A stretch of DNA of 64,000 nucleotides from a virus: IMG/VR virus record IMGVR_UViG_3300028792_000004, positions 3,385 to 67,384 of that record; one strand, given 5' to 3'. The notes beneath the pieces are model-generated. The model was not told where the DNA came from. It saw only the letters and a list, made by a program, of their open reading frames with translations, and did no database searches. A program made the translations under genes and the position numbers. Each line of letters begins with the position of its first letter. The stretch's first letter is position 1. Shown here piece by piece: positions 46,601 to 55,564 of this stretch.

Positions 46601-48622
46601 TGGGAGCAGGCCAGGACCGGGAGCCGGGACTACCAGTTCTGGGGGAAGTACGCCTCGGGGTACTGGTATGGCCCCGAGGACCCCTACGACGAGCACGGGT
46701 CCGTCGGCCGCGGCGACTGCGCGAGCAACTGGTACACCAACGCCGTGATCTCCGATGCCTTCAACTCGGCTGGAGCCGTGGGGGCGAGCTTCTGGTCCGA
46801 CGGCACGCCGCCCTACCAGAGCGCCGACATCGCGACCCAGGGGACCCACTTCCAGCTCAGCGTCAGCGAGCTGGTCAAGAGCCTGCGCGACCGCCCCGAC
46901 GTCCGCGACGACGCGGTGGTCTCCGCGATCTCGCTGATGGCCGACGAGCCGGCCACCCGGCAGGAGAACATCTGGGGCTGGTTCGTCAAGTCCACCCGGC
47001 CGAAGGTGTGGAACGACGGCTACTTCAAGCAGTGGGGCCCGGACTACAACGGCAGCTGGTGGGGCTCGGGGGTCTCCGACGCCGAGCAGTTCGCCTGGAT
47101 GGACCACAACATCTTCAGCGGCTACTCGCCCAAGCGCGACGGGGCCGCGATCTGGACGCCGCTCCCCGACGACGTCCTGACCGAGGCGCACGCCTTCGAG
47201 AACGATACGGCCAACGACCTCTCCGCCGGCGTGAAGGGCCGCGGGCTGACCCTGGCCTACCTGCCCCCGGAGGTGGCCCGGCACGAGCCCCCGTACCAGC
47301 TGTGGCGCGCCTTCGGCTACGAGACCGCCTCGGTCTCGGCGATGTCGTACGGCGCCCGGGTGCTGATGAAGGTCGACCTGCAGGAGCTCCCCTACCTCAG
47401 CGACGGCCAGCCGCTGGGTTCGGACGGCAGCACCTTCCCGGTCGTGATCCCCTACGACCCGAACTCCTACTACGACAACAACTTCCCGCCGGCGCTGGAC
47501 CCCGGCCCGGTGGGCTCCCAGATCCTCTTCGGGCCCTACCCGGTCAAGTTCTCCCCGGTGATCGACGTGCTGGTCTTCGGACCGCGGCACAAGAACATCC
47601 CCTGGCCCGAGGTGCAGGCCACCGCGGCCTTCGAGACCGAGCTGGTCACCCAGGTGCCGGTGCCCAACGCCGACCCGCTGGCGCGCCCGGCCGGCTCGGT
47701 GCGCTTCGTGATGCCGGAGCTCACCATCCTCGAGGGGATCCCGAGGTCCTCGAAGGCCGCCGGCCGGATCGCCTTCACCAGCGAGACGTCGCCGCCGGCG
47801 CTGGTCAGCCAACTCTTCTCCACCCCGCACCTGGTCGACCTGGGTGAGGACCTGCGCTTCCCGCCCATCCTGGCCACCAGCCAGGTGAGCACCTCCAGCT
47901 ACCGGCGCCACCCCACCGACCCGCTGCTGCACCGCACCAGCGCCGAGGTGACCTCGCTGCCGAGCTCGGACGGCTCGGTGACGCTGGCCTCTCCGCTGCC
48001 CGGCCCGGAGCGGGTCTCCTCCTACGCCTACTGGCGCGGTGCCCCGGCGGCCACCACGGCGGTCTCCTTCCGGTCCACCTTGATCGGTGAGGAGTCGCTG
48101 GCCGCGGCCACCGGCGACTGGATCACCGGAGACGAGTTCACCGTGCTGCTCGCCGTGGTGCTCGACGACGCCAGCGTGCAGGGGCCGCTGAGCCCGCTGG
48201 TCGTGGCCGCCAGTCCGACCGGCGCACCTCGAGCAGGGCTGTTCTTCAACTCCGACTCCGAGGTGCTGCTCTGGGACGCCCAGCACGACGTCGACGACAT
48301 CACCAAGCGGGTCCGTGGCAAGGTCCAGCTGCTCGACGACATCCGCCGGGTCTCCCAGCCGGTGCTGGTCGGGGCCCGGATCGACAACGTCACCGGCAAG
48401 GTGACGTTGGTCGCCGCCGACAGCCGGCTGCGCACCGTGGAGACGAGCTTGGCCGCCCCGATCGGGACGGACCACCAGCTGCTGATCGGTGACGCCGGCA
48501 CGTTGACCAGCCCCGGGGCCTTCGACATGCTCGACATGCGCTGGTGGCGCCGCTCGCTCACCGACGCCGAGCTGCTGAGCGCGGCCGCGGCGATGACCGA
48601 CCTGTGGGGAGTGCTGGCATGA
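43676..48622 (+). CDS. large multidomain tail-tip / receptor-binding protein (LamG-like and PPC-like domains)
   Basis: 1648 aa; LamG-like segments (WW.MD...; FLNG; ..D.RWW.RSL) and two WW.WTA...DT.L.VY...NDD repeats. Confidence 0.7.
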   Translation: MSVSFVQRNAAKRQGGGVGLITVPYHASAQAGDLQLLMVSTFASGAPAAPSGSGWSQLHSRADTYSLMAIYVRTLVTADLTSNVTVNLTASDWGNAELRTYRPSGAAAFELAGSGEGLVAAAVTAKALLVRCWAEAQNNSSGGSAKTLTAPAGLLNSGSPTSYNWYDGGLAGDDPVANGAAGTSTAVHGGGGESRSSQWANVQISEDLPTGDLTIALPPLVTSTDVTVPTSGDLDIVLPPVVFQASGATVPAGHLDAVLPPLAYDAAGRSQLNYQIVFMPPLVADASGNRTLTEMPVTLPALSVETVLDPNQPPDFTTVMRALDPDLWWTMDASDAREVIADGDWAGWQRIIDASGHGSDGALYVAGGSSFPDGLVVDSLDTAFEGTAATQVATISTEADPVLQASAEFSAFVLVDYVSAAPFTGYGYHGTIGRQGVWALGLQDGYYDFKYHAAGGGVQDHLLSNPAVGYSPEGPASLGVIISRDPAGVAYVQAFLNGVPTDPEPVELYGGLDATYDPYYWSGIRVGADGAWAGLVQHAAHFKRALVPSDFAALHASAFAARAKRSRLRAPMPALTAGIEAMVPDTLRADVVMPALSFDAYDATLAAQDLPGAASWHDAVPVTRGKQTRPAARLSYPEDDDSGLVWPYFSSWWKWTADVTTEVWFSTFRSIPIPGQGIDTVLVVYTEAGGVLTEVFSNDDVDNWNASQVVIPAPVLGETYYIRCGSFNNSGSGIASYVLDNDLTPAPTLADLIVADGGRGPAGAGDKVTAPLTEANSVSAPTHIPAGQQAWWLWTADYNGTISFDALLSQHWFTGGAGSADPRVGLELWDDSEWLAYSEGHGTVETVPRGQISWNVIAGHRYYIKLTPLGGDINAFLRISPLAFGSIVTPAPKSFVIDATPLDRDQVASSLSLPSADLKYYSELGAGPVAIDHTLPSGYASPVQQFSGFYGHYRLTRAYAGVEPQLDHMGSLSCLWEQARTGSRDYQFWGKYASGYWYGPEDPYDEHGSVGRGDCASNWYTNAVISDAFNSAGAVGASFWSDGTPPYQSADIATQGTHFQLSVSELVKSLRDRPDVRDDAVVSAISLMADEPATRQENIWGWFVKSTRPKVWNDGYFKQWGPDYNGSWWGSGVSDAEQFAWMDHNIFSGYSPKRDGAAIWTPLPDDVLTEAHAFENDTANDLSAGVKGRGLTLAYLPPEVARHEPPYQLWRAFGYETASVSAMSYGARVLMKVDLQELPYLSDGQPLGSDGSTFPVVIPYDPNSYYDNNFPPALDPGPVGSQILFGPYPVKFSPVIDVLVFGPRHKNIPWPEVQATAAFETELVTQVPVPNADPLARPAGSVRFVMPELTILEGIPRSSKAAGRIAFTSETSPPALVSQLFSTPHLVDLGEDLRFPPILATSQVSTSSYRRHPTDPLLHRTSAEVTSLPSSDGSVTLASPLPGPERVSSYAYWRGAPAATTAVSFRSTLIGEESLAAATGDWITGDEFTVLLAVVLDDASVQGPLSPLVVAASPTGAPRAGLFFNSDSEVLLWDAQHDVDDITKRVRGKVQLLDDIRRVSQPVLVGARIDNVTGKVTLVAADSRLRTVETSLAAPIGTDHQLLIGDAGTLTSPGAFDMLDMRWWRRSLTDAELLSAAAAMTDLWGVLA

Positions 48623-50880
48623 GCGCACCAGTGGCGGCGATGCTGGAGTCCGAGCGCGTCGGGCAGTGGAAGTACTACGTGCGCTACCAGAACCGCTGGC
48701 TCGACATCACCAAGGTGCGCGGCGCCCCGGTCGAGCACGAGTCGATGAGCGAGACAGACCCCTTCGGCTATGGCGAGTGCACCATCTCGATCAAGTCGAT
48801 CACCGCCGTGGAGCCCATCGGGGTCGGCGAGCTGGCCTGGTTCATGCCCGAGCGGGACCTCAACATCGTCTGGGCGCACTCCTTGGCGGACGGCTCGGAC
48901 TACCGCGAGGACATCGTCTGGGAGGGCTTCCTGGGCTCCCCGGAGTGGGCCCTGATCGGGGTCACCGTGCTGTGCGTGGGTGCGCTGCGCCAGGTGGACA
49001 ACTACCTGGCCAAGCCGGAGTACCTGCTGCGGCCGCTGACCTACGAGTACGCGATCGAGCGCCAGCTGCGCCGGCGGGTGGACTCGAGGTGGCGGCCGCT
49101 GCGGGTGGACTGGCCCGTGGACTGGCCGAACTCCTTCAACTCCAAGGACTTCGTGGGCGAGCAGCCCTACATGCTCCCCGTCGGTGGTGACGGGCTGGTC
49201 GACGGCGCGCCCTGGACGGGCCTGCTGACGCGCGAGACGGGCCGCTGGGAGCCTGCGCTGTCCTCCTACGTCCAGGGGCTCCTGACGGGCATGCAGAGCG
49301 CTGAGGGGCCCTGGACGCTGATGATGGAGCCCGGGCGCCAGCCCGTGCTCCGTGTGCGCCGCGTCCCGGCCTCCGACGACCCCACGATCCCGGTGATCGA
49401 CGTGCTCTCCCCCGGCGTCTCCGGCCTGCGCTTCCGCTGGGACCACACCCAGAAGGGCAACGTGATCTTCGGCCAGGGCCGGTCGATCTCCGGCTCGGCG
49501 TACTCCGGGGTGCGGATGAGCGTGGTCGGTGGCCAGGCGATCACCTCCCACGAGCCGTACGCCGCGCTGCGCCAGGTGCACCCGGCCGAGGTGAGCAACC
49601 CCTGGCTCAACGACGAGGTGATGCGCAAGGAGGTCTCCATCCCCTTCTCCGAGGGGTTGACCGAGAAGGAGGCCGCCGGCGTCTCCGCGCTACAGCTGCA
49701 GCGGGTGGGCGACCCGGGTCTGACCGGGTCGCTGACGCTGATGGAGGACCTGCTCGTCGACGGGGTGATCATGCCCCGCCAGCTGGTGCGCGCCGGAATC
49801 TCGATCCGGATGCGGAACCTGCTGGGCGAGGTGGACGGCATCGTGGCCCACGTCGTGGAGGTCTCCCGCGACGCCCAGGGCAACCCCACGCTGACCTGGG
49901 ACACCAAGTACCGCGACCAGCTCACCGTCCAGGAGATGCGCAAGCGCGGCCGCGACGCGATGCGGGTGCCCCGGCTGCTCACCGTCGGCAGCTTCGAGCC
50001 GAACGTCCCCGACCTGATCTTCCCGTGGTCCTACGAGGGCGGCTCGGGCTACCTGCCGGCGAGCTCGGCGACGCTGTGGCAGGGCCCGACCACCCAGCCG
50101 CGCAAGTACGAGGCGATCGGCTTCCCCTGGACCGACCTCACCAGGGACCGCCCGCCGAAGAGCCCGGCCTGGGAGAACTGCTACGCCAAGATCGGCCCGG
50201 TCGACTACGAGGACGCCTCCAGCAACTGGGCCACCCGGGCGGTGGGGGACTTCCACCGCGGCTACCCGATGATCCTCGGCGCCGCCGGCAACATCCGGCT
50301 GATCCAGGTCGCGGCCTTCGACGAGGACGGCAACGTGCTGCCGGTGAGGTTCCACGTCGGCCTCTACTACTCCAACACCGTGGACCCCACCCACATGCCG
50401 AAGATCCCGGCGATCCCGGCCGACTACATCGCCGACCTGAACCGGGCCAAGTCCGACCAGCTGCGCGGGACGACCTTCAACTACAAGCCCGGGCAGCCCT
50501 ACCCGTTCTTCCACAACGCCTTCAACACCGGGTACAACCCGGACGGCACGAAGGTGATCAGCACCAACCAGGTGAGCACCGCGGCGCAGATGATCGTGGC
50601 CTACGGCAACGGCTACGAGCAGGCGGGCTTCTGGCCCGGCAACCAGGACGCCGGCGACGCCCCCAGCGGGATGTTCTCCGACGAGTCCGGGTTCTCCTTC
50701 GACTTCATGGAGAATGTGCCCAACCGCTTCCCCGGCGGCGGCTACCGGCACCTCACGCCCGGCGAGGCCACCGCCGACATCGTGACGGCGTACGTGATGA
50801 TCTACTGCGACGACCACGGGGACGAGCCGGTCTACTTCCTGGGCCGGGCCTATCGCGACGAGCCAGGATCGAAGGCCTGA
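48619..50880 (+). CDS. minor tail / baseplate hub protein
   Basis: ATGA overlap; position in the tail tip module. Confidence 0.65.
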   Translation: MSAPVAAMLESERVGQWKYYVRYQNRWLDITKVRGAPVEHESMSETDPFGYGECTISIKSITAVEPIGVGELAWFMPERDLNIVWAHSLADGSDYREDIVWEGFLGSPEWALIGVTVLCVGALRQVDNYLAKPEYLLRPLTYEYAIERQLRRRVDSRWRPLRVDWPVDWPNSFNSKDFVGEQPYMLPVGGDGLVDGAPWTGLLTRETGRWEPALSSYVQGLLTGMQSAEGPWTLMMEPGRQPVLRVRRVPASDDPTIPVIDVLSPGVSGLRFRWDHTQKGNVIFGQGRSISGSAYSGVRMSVVGGQAITSHEPYAALRQVHPAEVSNPWLNDEVMRKEVSIPFSEGLTEKEAAGVSALQLQRVGDPGLTGSLTLMEDLLVDGVIMPRQLVRAGISIRMRNLLGEVDGIVAHVVEVSRDAQGNPTLTWDTKYRDQLTVQEMRKRGRDAMRVPRLLTVGSFEPNVPDLIFPWSYEGGSGYLPASSATLWQGPTTQPRKYEAIGFPWTDLTRDRPPKSPAWENCYAKIGPVDYEDASSNWATRAVGDFHRGYPMILGAAGNIRLIQVAAFDEDGNVLPVRFHVGLYYSNTVDPTHMPKIPAIPADYIADLNRAKSDQLRGTTFNYKPGQPYPFFHNAFNTGYNPDGTKVISTNQVSTAAQMIVAYGNGYEQAGFWPGNQDAGDAPSGMFSDESGFSFDFMENVPNRFPGGGYRHLTPGEATADIVTAYVMIYCDDHGDEPVYFLGRAYRDEPGSKA

Positions 50881-50881
50881 C

Positions 50882-51241
50882 ATGACCATGATCATCGGCA
50901 CCACCTACTCCTACGAGATCATCGACCTCAGCGTCTCCCAGCCCACCTGGGCCGGGCTGTTCCACACGATGCCCACCCTGATCGACCCGCTCTCGGCCGA
51001 GGTCGCCGGCGGCGGCTACGCCCGCCCGGCGGCCACGCTGCAGCGCTCAGGGCGGCGGCTGGTCAACGAGAACGCGCTGATCTTCCCCGGCGTCCCGGCC
51101 GGGATCATGGTGGCGGTGGGGCTGTTCACCGCCGCGACCAACGGCGAGTTGTGGCTGGCGACGTCGTTCTCCCCGCAGGTGACCACCCCGGGTGGGAAGT
51201 CACTGGTGCTGGAGCCCGGAGAGCTCGCTTTCGCGCTTTAG
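50882..51241 (+). CDS. minor tail protein (paralogue-like of 42756..43172)
   Basis: GLF...P......EV.GGGYAR...N...I.F....GLFTAAT.G motif. Confidence 0.65.
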   Translation: MTMIIGTTYSYEIIDLSVSQPTWAGLFHTMPTLIDPLSAEVAGGGYARPAATLQRSGRRLVNENALIFPGVPAGIMVAVGLFTAATNGELWLATSFSPQVTTPGGKSLVLEPGELAFAL

Positions 51242-51261
51242 GCCAAGACGGAAAAGGGCAT

Positions 51262-51300
51262 AAAAAAAGGACCCGGTTCCCCCGCCCGAAGGCGGGGGAA
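51262..51300 (-). terminator. intrinsic terminator for leftward transcription
   Basis: 10-bp stem ttcccccgcc/ggcgggggaa with C(UUCG)G loop on the minus strand, followed by T7. Confidence 0.8.
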
Positions 51301-51504
51301 ACAGGCAGTGGAATAGGCCTAGAACGCAAAGAAGGCCCGGGTGCGGGCCCCGCCCTCGGCAGAGGAGACGGGGCCCGCGTTGGGCAATCCGGTTGGGCGC
51401 ACTCTGACTGTCCAACTGTTCGGGAACAGAGCCCCGGCCTGCGCCGACCGAGACCCTGCCCCGCTCAGGACCAACCAACCTCGAGTCGACGCCTCATCGT
51501 CCTC

Positions 51505-51945
51505 TCAGTCGGCCAATCCCGACCCCGCACCACCACCCATCACGATGGCGGGGGAAATGATTCCGTCAGATTCCAGGGACTCGCCCTGTATGACGGACTG
51601 TCGAGGCCCGAACGGGCGCTTCTTGTTGCCGTCCGTGACCTGATGGGTGCTCGGGTACCCCGACCCCCGCATCGGGGCCTTGGGGTAGGTCTCTGCACCG
51701 AGCCACACGGCCATGTTCTGGAAGGCGTCCACCGAGGTGGCCAGATGGCGCATGAAGCCGGTCGCTGCTTGGAAGTGCTCCAGTGATCGCATCACACCAG
51801 GTGTTGCACGGGGACCTGCGAAGAGTGCCCCCAGGGCGACCACTGCCGCGAGAATGAGTAATACCAAGATCTTCCTCTCGTCTGTTCTTGCTTGGATAGG
51901 AGCGAGGCATAGAACCGAGCATTCCGGTCCTTGAGCCGATCCCAA
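51505..51945 (-). CDS. possible membrane protein
   Basis: Hydrophobic ILVLLILAAVVALGALFAG; overlaps 51792..52826 by about 150 nt; start uncertain. Confidence 0.3.
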   Translation of the reverse strand: MGSAQGPECSVLCLAPIQARTDERKILVLLILAAVVALGALFAGPRATPGVMRSLEHFQAATGFMRHLATSVDAFQNMAVWLGAETYPKAPMRGSGYPSTHQVTDGNKKRPFGPRQSVIQGESLESDGIISPAIVMGGGAGSGLAD

Positions 51946-52826
51946 TAGGGAATCAGCAACGGGTCGAAGCAGAGCCGCTCGTACGGCTGCACTTCAGCGA
52001 AGGAATCCAACACGGCCGTGATGTGAGCGTGACCACCGCAAGGGCGGCAGCAGCCGTTGGCCGGGTCCCAGATGCAGCTGAGGTAATCAGAGGCCCACGA
52101 CGTCGCCGGGTTCACGGCCGTGAAGCACTCAGCCCTGTGACCGAGCTGCAGCGCCTGATCGCGCAGCGGCACCTCACCGACGAAGTAGAAGTCGTCCTCG
52201 GAGAGGCTGCTCGGCATGCAGTTGTCCATCGGCCACATCCGCTCGATCTCCTTGATCGTCTCGGAGATCGCGATGAGCACCTGCTCGTCCTCGATCGGGA
52301 GGACGTGATTCACAGGCATCACCATCTGGACTCGGCCGTCCTGGGACAGCGAACCATCCATCAGCTCGTACCACATGCCATCCGGGGCGTGCATCGACCA
52401 CGGCCCGCTCAGCGAGGGCCAGGTGGAGTGTGAGGAGAGGATGCCTACCACCGGCAGCGCGTCCTCCCCCTCCATCTCGTCGGGTCCGTGGAACTCCTCG
52501 AGGTACCAGGAGTCTGGCTTGATCTGGACCCCATCGAGGCACGTCACCGATGCCCACTCAACGAGCATGGGCACCCACAGCGGGTTGGACTCCAAGGAGA
52601 CGGGTTCTGGGTAGTCGCCGTACTCCTCGTAGTTGTGCAGGCCCCAGCGCCCCAGGGCGAGGCCCCGACCACTCTGATTGGGCACGATCTGCCGCCACAT
52701 CTCTGCGTCGGAGTCGAACTCGCTCAGGTGCTCGAGGTACCCCAGCCCCGGGGTGCTGGCGGCGAAGGGACCGAGATGGGCTTCGGCCGATCCTTCGCCA
52801 CGACCTGCATCAGGCTGCAGGGTCAC
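51792..52826 (-). CDS. acidic hypothetical protein with a C-terminal Cys cluster
   Basis: 344-aa ORF; GTGA overlap with the upstream gene; C..x7..CC..C..H. Confidence 0.65.
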   Translation of the reverse strand: MTLQPDAGRGEGSAEAHLGPFAASTPGLGYLEHLSEFDSDAEMWRQIVPNQSGRGLALGRWGLHNYEEYGDYPEPVSLESNPLWVPMLVEWASVTCLDGVQIKPDSWYLEEFHGPDEMEGEDALPVVGILSSHSTWPSLSGPWSMHAPDGMWYELMDGSLSQDGRVQMVMPVNHVLPIEDEQVLIAISETIKEIERMWPMDNCMPSSLSEDDFYFVGEVPLRDQALQLGHRAECFTAVNPATSWASDYLSCIWDPANGCCRPCGGHAHITAVLDSFAEVQPYERLCFDPLLIPYWDRLKDRNARFYASLLSKQEQTRGRSWYYSFSRQWSPWGHSSQVPVQHLV

Positions 52827-53947
52827 CTGCTACCTGAGGGAGTCGGCTGTCCCGGGGTGCTCGGGACCGCCTTCTTGCCCTGAGCCTGCCCACGCCGGCC
52901 CCTGGGCTGCGGGCCGTGCGCCTGGGCGGTGGACCGCTTCCCGGCCGGGTGAGCGACCTCGGCCTCGAGCTCCTTGAGGTGCGCGGCCTCGTCGGCCTCG
53001 ACCTGTGCGGCGTGCTGCTCCCGCGCCATGTCGACCTCTTCGGGGTCCGTGGTCCCCTCGACGACCAGCTTGGTCTCGCCGTCGATCTCGACCTCGCGGG
53101 TCGTGATGACCTTCTCCGTCTCCTGGACGGGCTTGGCCTCAGTGGCCGCGGACTCACCAGTGGCGGGGTCAGCAGGCGCCGCGGCCGGCTGTGCCGGCGC
53201 TGCCGGCGCGGACTTCTCCGAGCGCAGCTGGCCGTAGCCGTCGTAGAGGCTGATGCTGGCGATGATGCCGGCGGCGATGCTCATCCCACGCGCGGTGCCG
53301 AGCATTGCCGCGAGCGGCAGGCCGACGACCGGGATGGAGCTGACCAGGGCTGCGAGCAGACCCTGGGAGGCCAGGTTGACACCCACGCCGAGGGCGAGGG
53401 GCAGAGCCAGCTTGGTCATCGTGGAGGTCGCTGCGTCGTTGGTGGCAGCGGTGTAGAAGTCCTTGTGACCGCGGGAGACCGTGGCGCAGAACTGGTGGAA
53501 GGCCAGCGTGGTGCGGATCGAGGCGTTCTCGACCATGTGACCGAGCCGCTCACCGGCGGAGGGCCAGACCCAGCCGACTGCCTTCGCGGAGGCTCGACCG
53601 AGCCACCTGGTGCCACGCCCGAGCAGGGAGAGCCCGGTCTTGACCATCGCTCCGGTGAAGGAGGTCACGGTCTCCACGCGGCGCATCACCCAGCGGTAGG
53701 AGGGCTTGTGGGCCATCGCGGCGAGCATGGCGAAGCCGGGAAGTCCGGACGGGATGCGCTCCCAGTAGGGCTTCACGAACTGCGCGATCGCGGCCTGCCG
53801 CTCAGCGGCCAGGCCACGGACACGGCGGATTGCCTGGAGTACCCGGATCTTGGTTCGGGTCCAGACCGCACGCGGACTGAGGACCTTGACCGCGACAAGG
53901 GTCGCGTCCAATTCCTCTACGCCTGAGGCGTCGAATGTCGTCGACAT
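52823..53947 (-). CDS. hypothetical membrane protein
   Basis: SD GAAAGGAG; central hydrophobic helices; acidic/Pro-rich C-terminus. Confidence 0.7.
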   Translation of the reverse strand: MSTTFDASGVEELDATLVAVKVLSPRAVWTRTKIRVLQAIRRVRGLAAERQAAIAQFVKPYWERIPSGLPGFAMLAAMAHKPSYRWVMRRVETVTSFTGAMVKTGLSLLGRGTRWLGRASAKAVGWVWPSAGERLGHMVENASIRTTLAFHQFCATVSRGHKDFYTAATNDAATSTMTKLALPLALGVGVNLASQGLLAALVSSIPVVGLPLAAMLGTARGMSIAAGIIASISLYDGYGQLRSEKSAPAAPAQPAAAPADPATGESAATEAKPVQETEKVITTREVEIDGETKLVVEGTTDPEEVDMAREQHAAQVEADEAAHLKELEAEVAHPAGKRSTAQAHGPQPRGRRGQAQGKKAVPSTPGQPTPSGSR

Positions 53948-54002
53948 GACGATGCTCCTTTCGAGAGCGTTGGTGGTTGCTGCCGTGGCATCTGTTGCCA
54001 GG

Positions 54003-54166
54003 CCGGGTGCACGGGATCAACTCCCGTGCACCCGGTGAGGGACCAGAGTCCGGACATGCAGAAGGCCCCCAGCGCCGTGGTGCGCCAGGGGCCTTCCGAA
54101 GTCTTACGTGGAGCAGTCGCTACGGGGTTTCCGCATCGTGCAGGTTTGCCACTCGGGCGGCTGCTC
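54003..54166 (-). other. highly structured 5' leader or possible small RNA (three hairpins)
   Basis: Perfect 14-bp IR 54003-54035; IR 54061-54096; IR 54110-54166. Confidence 0.55.
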
Positions 54167-54209
54167 CGCTCTGCAAGAAGGTATGTAGATCCCTCCTTGC
54201 GTACCGCCT

Positions 54210-54239
54210 ATGTTACGCCATGAGACGTAACGGGGTCAA
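54210..54239 (-). promoter_or_regulatory. sigma-A/HrdB-type promoter TTGACC-N18-TAACAT
   Basis: Read directly on the minus strand; shares a 20-bp core with 55563-55582. Confidence 0.7.
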
Positions 54240-54349
54240 GGACTCATGTCCGAGTAGAACTGGTGACAGCTCACGCAGTACCCCTGGCGGACGTCCTCCG
54301 GATGATGGGAGACGCGTCCGCACTGGGGGCAGGTCGTTGACTCCCTCAC
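54236..54349 (-). CDS. 37-aa zinc-finger-like protein
   Basis: Hand translation ...TCPQCGRVSHHPEDVRQGYCVSCH..., a motif recalled from actinophages; GTGA overlap. Confidence 0.7.
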   Translation of the reverse strand: MRESTTCPQCGRVSHHPEDVRQGYCVSCHQFYSDMSP

Positions 54350-54570
54350 CGCTTGTTCACCAGCCAGACCTCGGTCTCGCTGATGATCCGCAGCATCTCC
54401 CCCGGACGCTTGGCCAACCCCGCGGCCTCGAGCACCCGCGGGTCGGTCTGCACGTGCCGGTCGAGCGGTACCGGCCGCCGACGCGGGCCCTTGTCCTTGC
54501 CACGGCTCCGGCGCAAGCCGGAGACGGGCTCGGAGACCTTGACGCTGGCGACCTCCTGGATCTTGCTCAT
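54346..54570 (-). CDS. small basic hypothetical protein
   Basis: ATGA coupling. Confidence 0.6.
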   Translation of the reverse strand: MSKIQEVASVKVSEPVSGLRRSRGKDKGPRRRPVPLDRHVQTDPRVLEAAGLAKRPGEMLRIISETEVWLVNKR

Positions 54571-54707
54571 CGAACCTCTCCCTTCTTCGGATCGAAGCCG
54601 CAGCGCAGGCAGTGGTGATCGCCCTTGCACTCTCGGCTGTTGTGACAGGACCACTGGTGCAGGTGCAGCCGGCAGGCTAGCGTCGTACGGAACTTCCGGC
54701 GCTTCAT
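54567..54707 (-). CDS. small Cys/His-rich protein
   Basis: CRLHLHQW...CLRCG; ATGA coupling. Confidence 0.6.
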   Translation of the reverse strand: MKRRKFRTTLACRLHLHQWSCHNSRECKGDHHCLRCGFDPKKGEVR

Positions 54708-54988
54708 CGAGCCACCGCCGGCAGCAGCAGTGCGAGCACCGGGAAGAACGCCAGCGCGGCGACCGCGGCGCCGATGTAGGCCCTCGTGGAGGGCCACAGC
54801 GTCCCGATCAGCCGTTTGCGCTCCTCGCGGACCTCCTGGAGCCGCCTCCAGACCTCAGTGCGCTCGATCGCACCGGTCATGTCGTCGAGCTGGGCGACCA
54901 GCCGACGCTCCTCAACAGCCAGGGCGTCGACCTTGGCCTGGATCGCTGGCCGGTCGATCTCCCCGCGGAACTGGCCCCACCCGATCAC
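54704..54988 (-). CDS. small membrane protein
   Basis: Coiled coil followed by a C-terminal TM helix. Confidence 0.65.
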   Translation of the reverse strand: MIGWGQFRGEIDRPAIQAKVDALAVEERRLVAQLDDMTGAIERTEVWRRLQEVREERKRLIGTLWPSTRAYIGAAVAALAFFPVLALLLPAVAR

Positions 54989-55431
54989 TCGCCGCCGCCT
55001 TGGATCCGGCGCATGGCGATCATCATGATGCGCTTGGCGACCGTCTCGGTCTTGGCGTTGAGCTCGACGACGGACTCGATGATCTGGTCGCGCTCCTCGT
55101 CAGAGGCCTCCATGACGGTGAAGGCGTGCTCGACCAGGCGGCTGGGGTGCAGCGCGTCCTTCAGACCCACGGCGACGACCTCGACAGCCGTCTCGGTGAG
55201 GAACTCCCCGATCATCCTGGTCGTCGTCATCACCTGGAGCGCGGCATCGGCGGCCTCCAGCCTCTCCTGCCTGTCCTCGGGGTCCTCGTCCTCGAAGACC
55301 GGCCTGGTGCCCTTGGGGGCCCGCGCCAGCCAGTCCTCGACGGACTCACGGGGTTTGCGGCCTGCCATCAGGGGGCCGAAGATCTCACCGGCCTTCTTGC
55401 TCAGGGGTGTGACGTTGTCGTTGTCGGTCAT
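54985..55431 (-). CDS. hypothetical protein
   Basis: SD AAGGAGG. Confidence 0.7.
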   Translation of the reverse strand: MTDNDNVTPLSKKAGEIFGPLMAGRKPRESVEDWLARAPKGTRPVFEDEDPEDRQERLEAADAALQVMTTTRMIGEFLTETAVEVVAVGLKDALHPSRLVEHAFTVMEASDEERDQIIESVVELNAKTETVAKRIMMIAMRRIQGGGE

Positions 55432-55466
55432 GGCTGCCTCCTTGAGGCGTCGATGGGTGGATACGC

Positions 55467-55512
55467 AAAAGAGCCCCTGAGTCGCACGGGGGGTGACGAC
55501 TCAGGGGCTCTT
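55467..55512 (-). terminator. intrinsic terminator / attenuator just downstream of a promoter
   Basis: 14-16-bp IR gagcccctgagtcg/cgactcaggggctc followed by TTTT on the minus strand. Confidence 0.7.
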
Positions 55513-55564
55513 CAGGCGAGGAAGCCGCCTGTCTTGGAGCAGGACGGATTCCGCGCTTACCTCT

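Noticed and set aside
37038-48628. Very long antisense ORFs (37038..42254, 43685..48628; also 20785..23739, 29909..32683, 14768..17242)
   Set aside because: Shadow ORFs opposite GC3-rich real genes; their translations lack coherent motifs and reflect high-GC codon bias
54120-54160. c-di-GMP-I (GEMM) riboswitch suggested by GGCAAACC-hairpin-GG on the minus strand
   Set aside because: Lacks the GNRA loop, GACGCAAAG junction and tetraloop receptor; kept only as a generic structured leader
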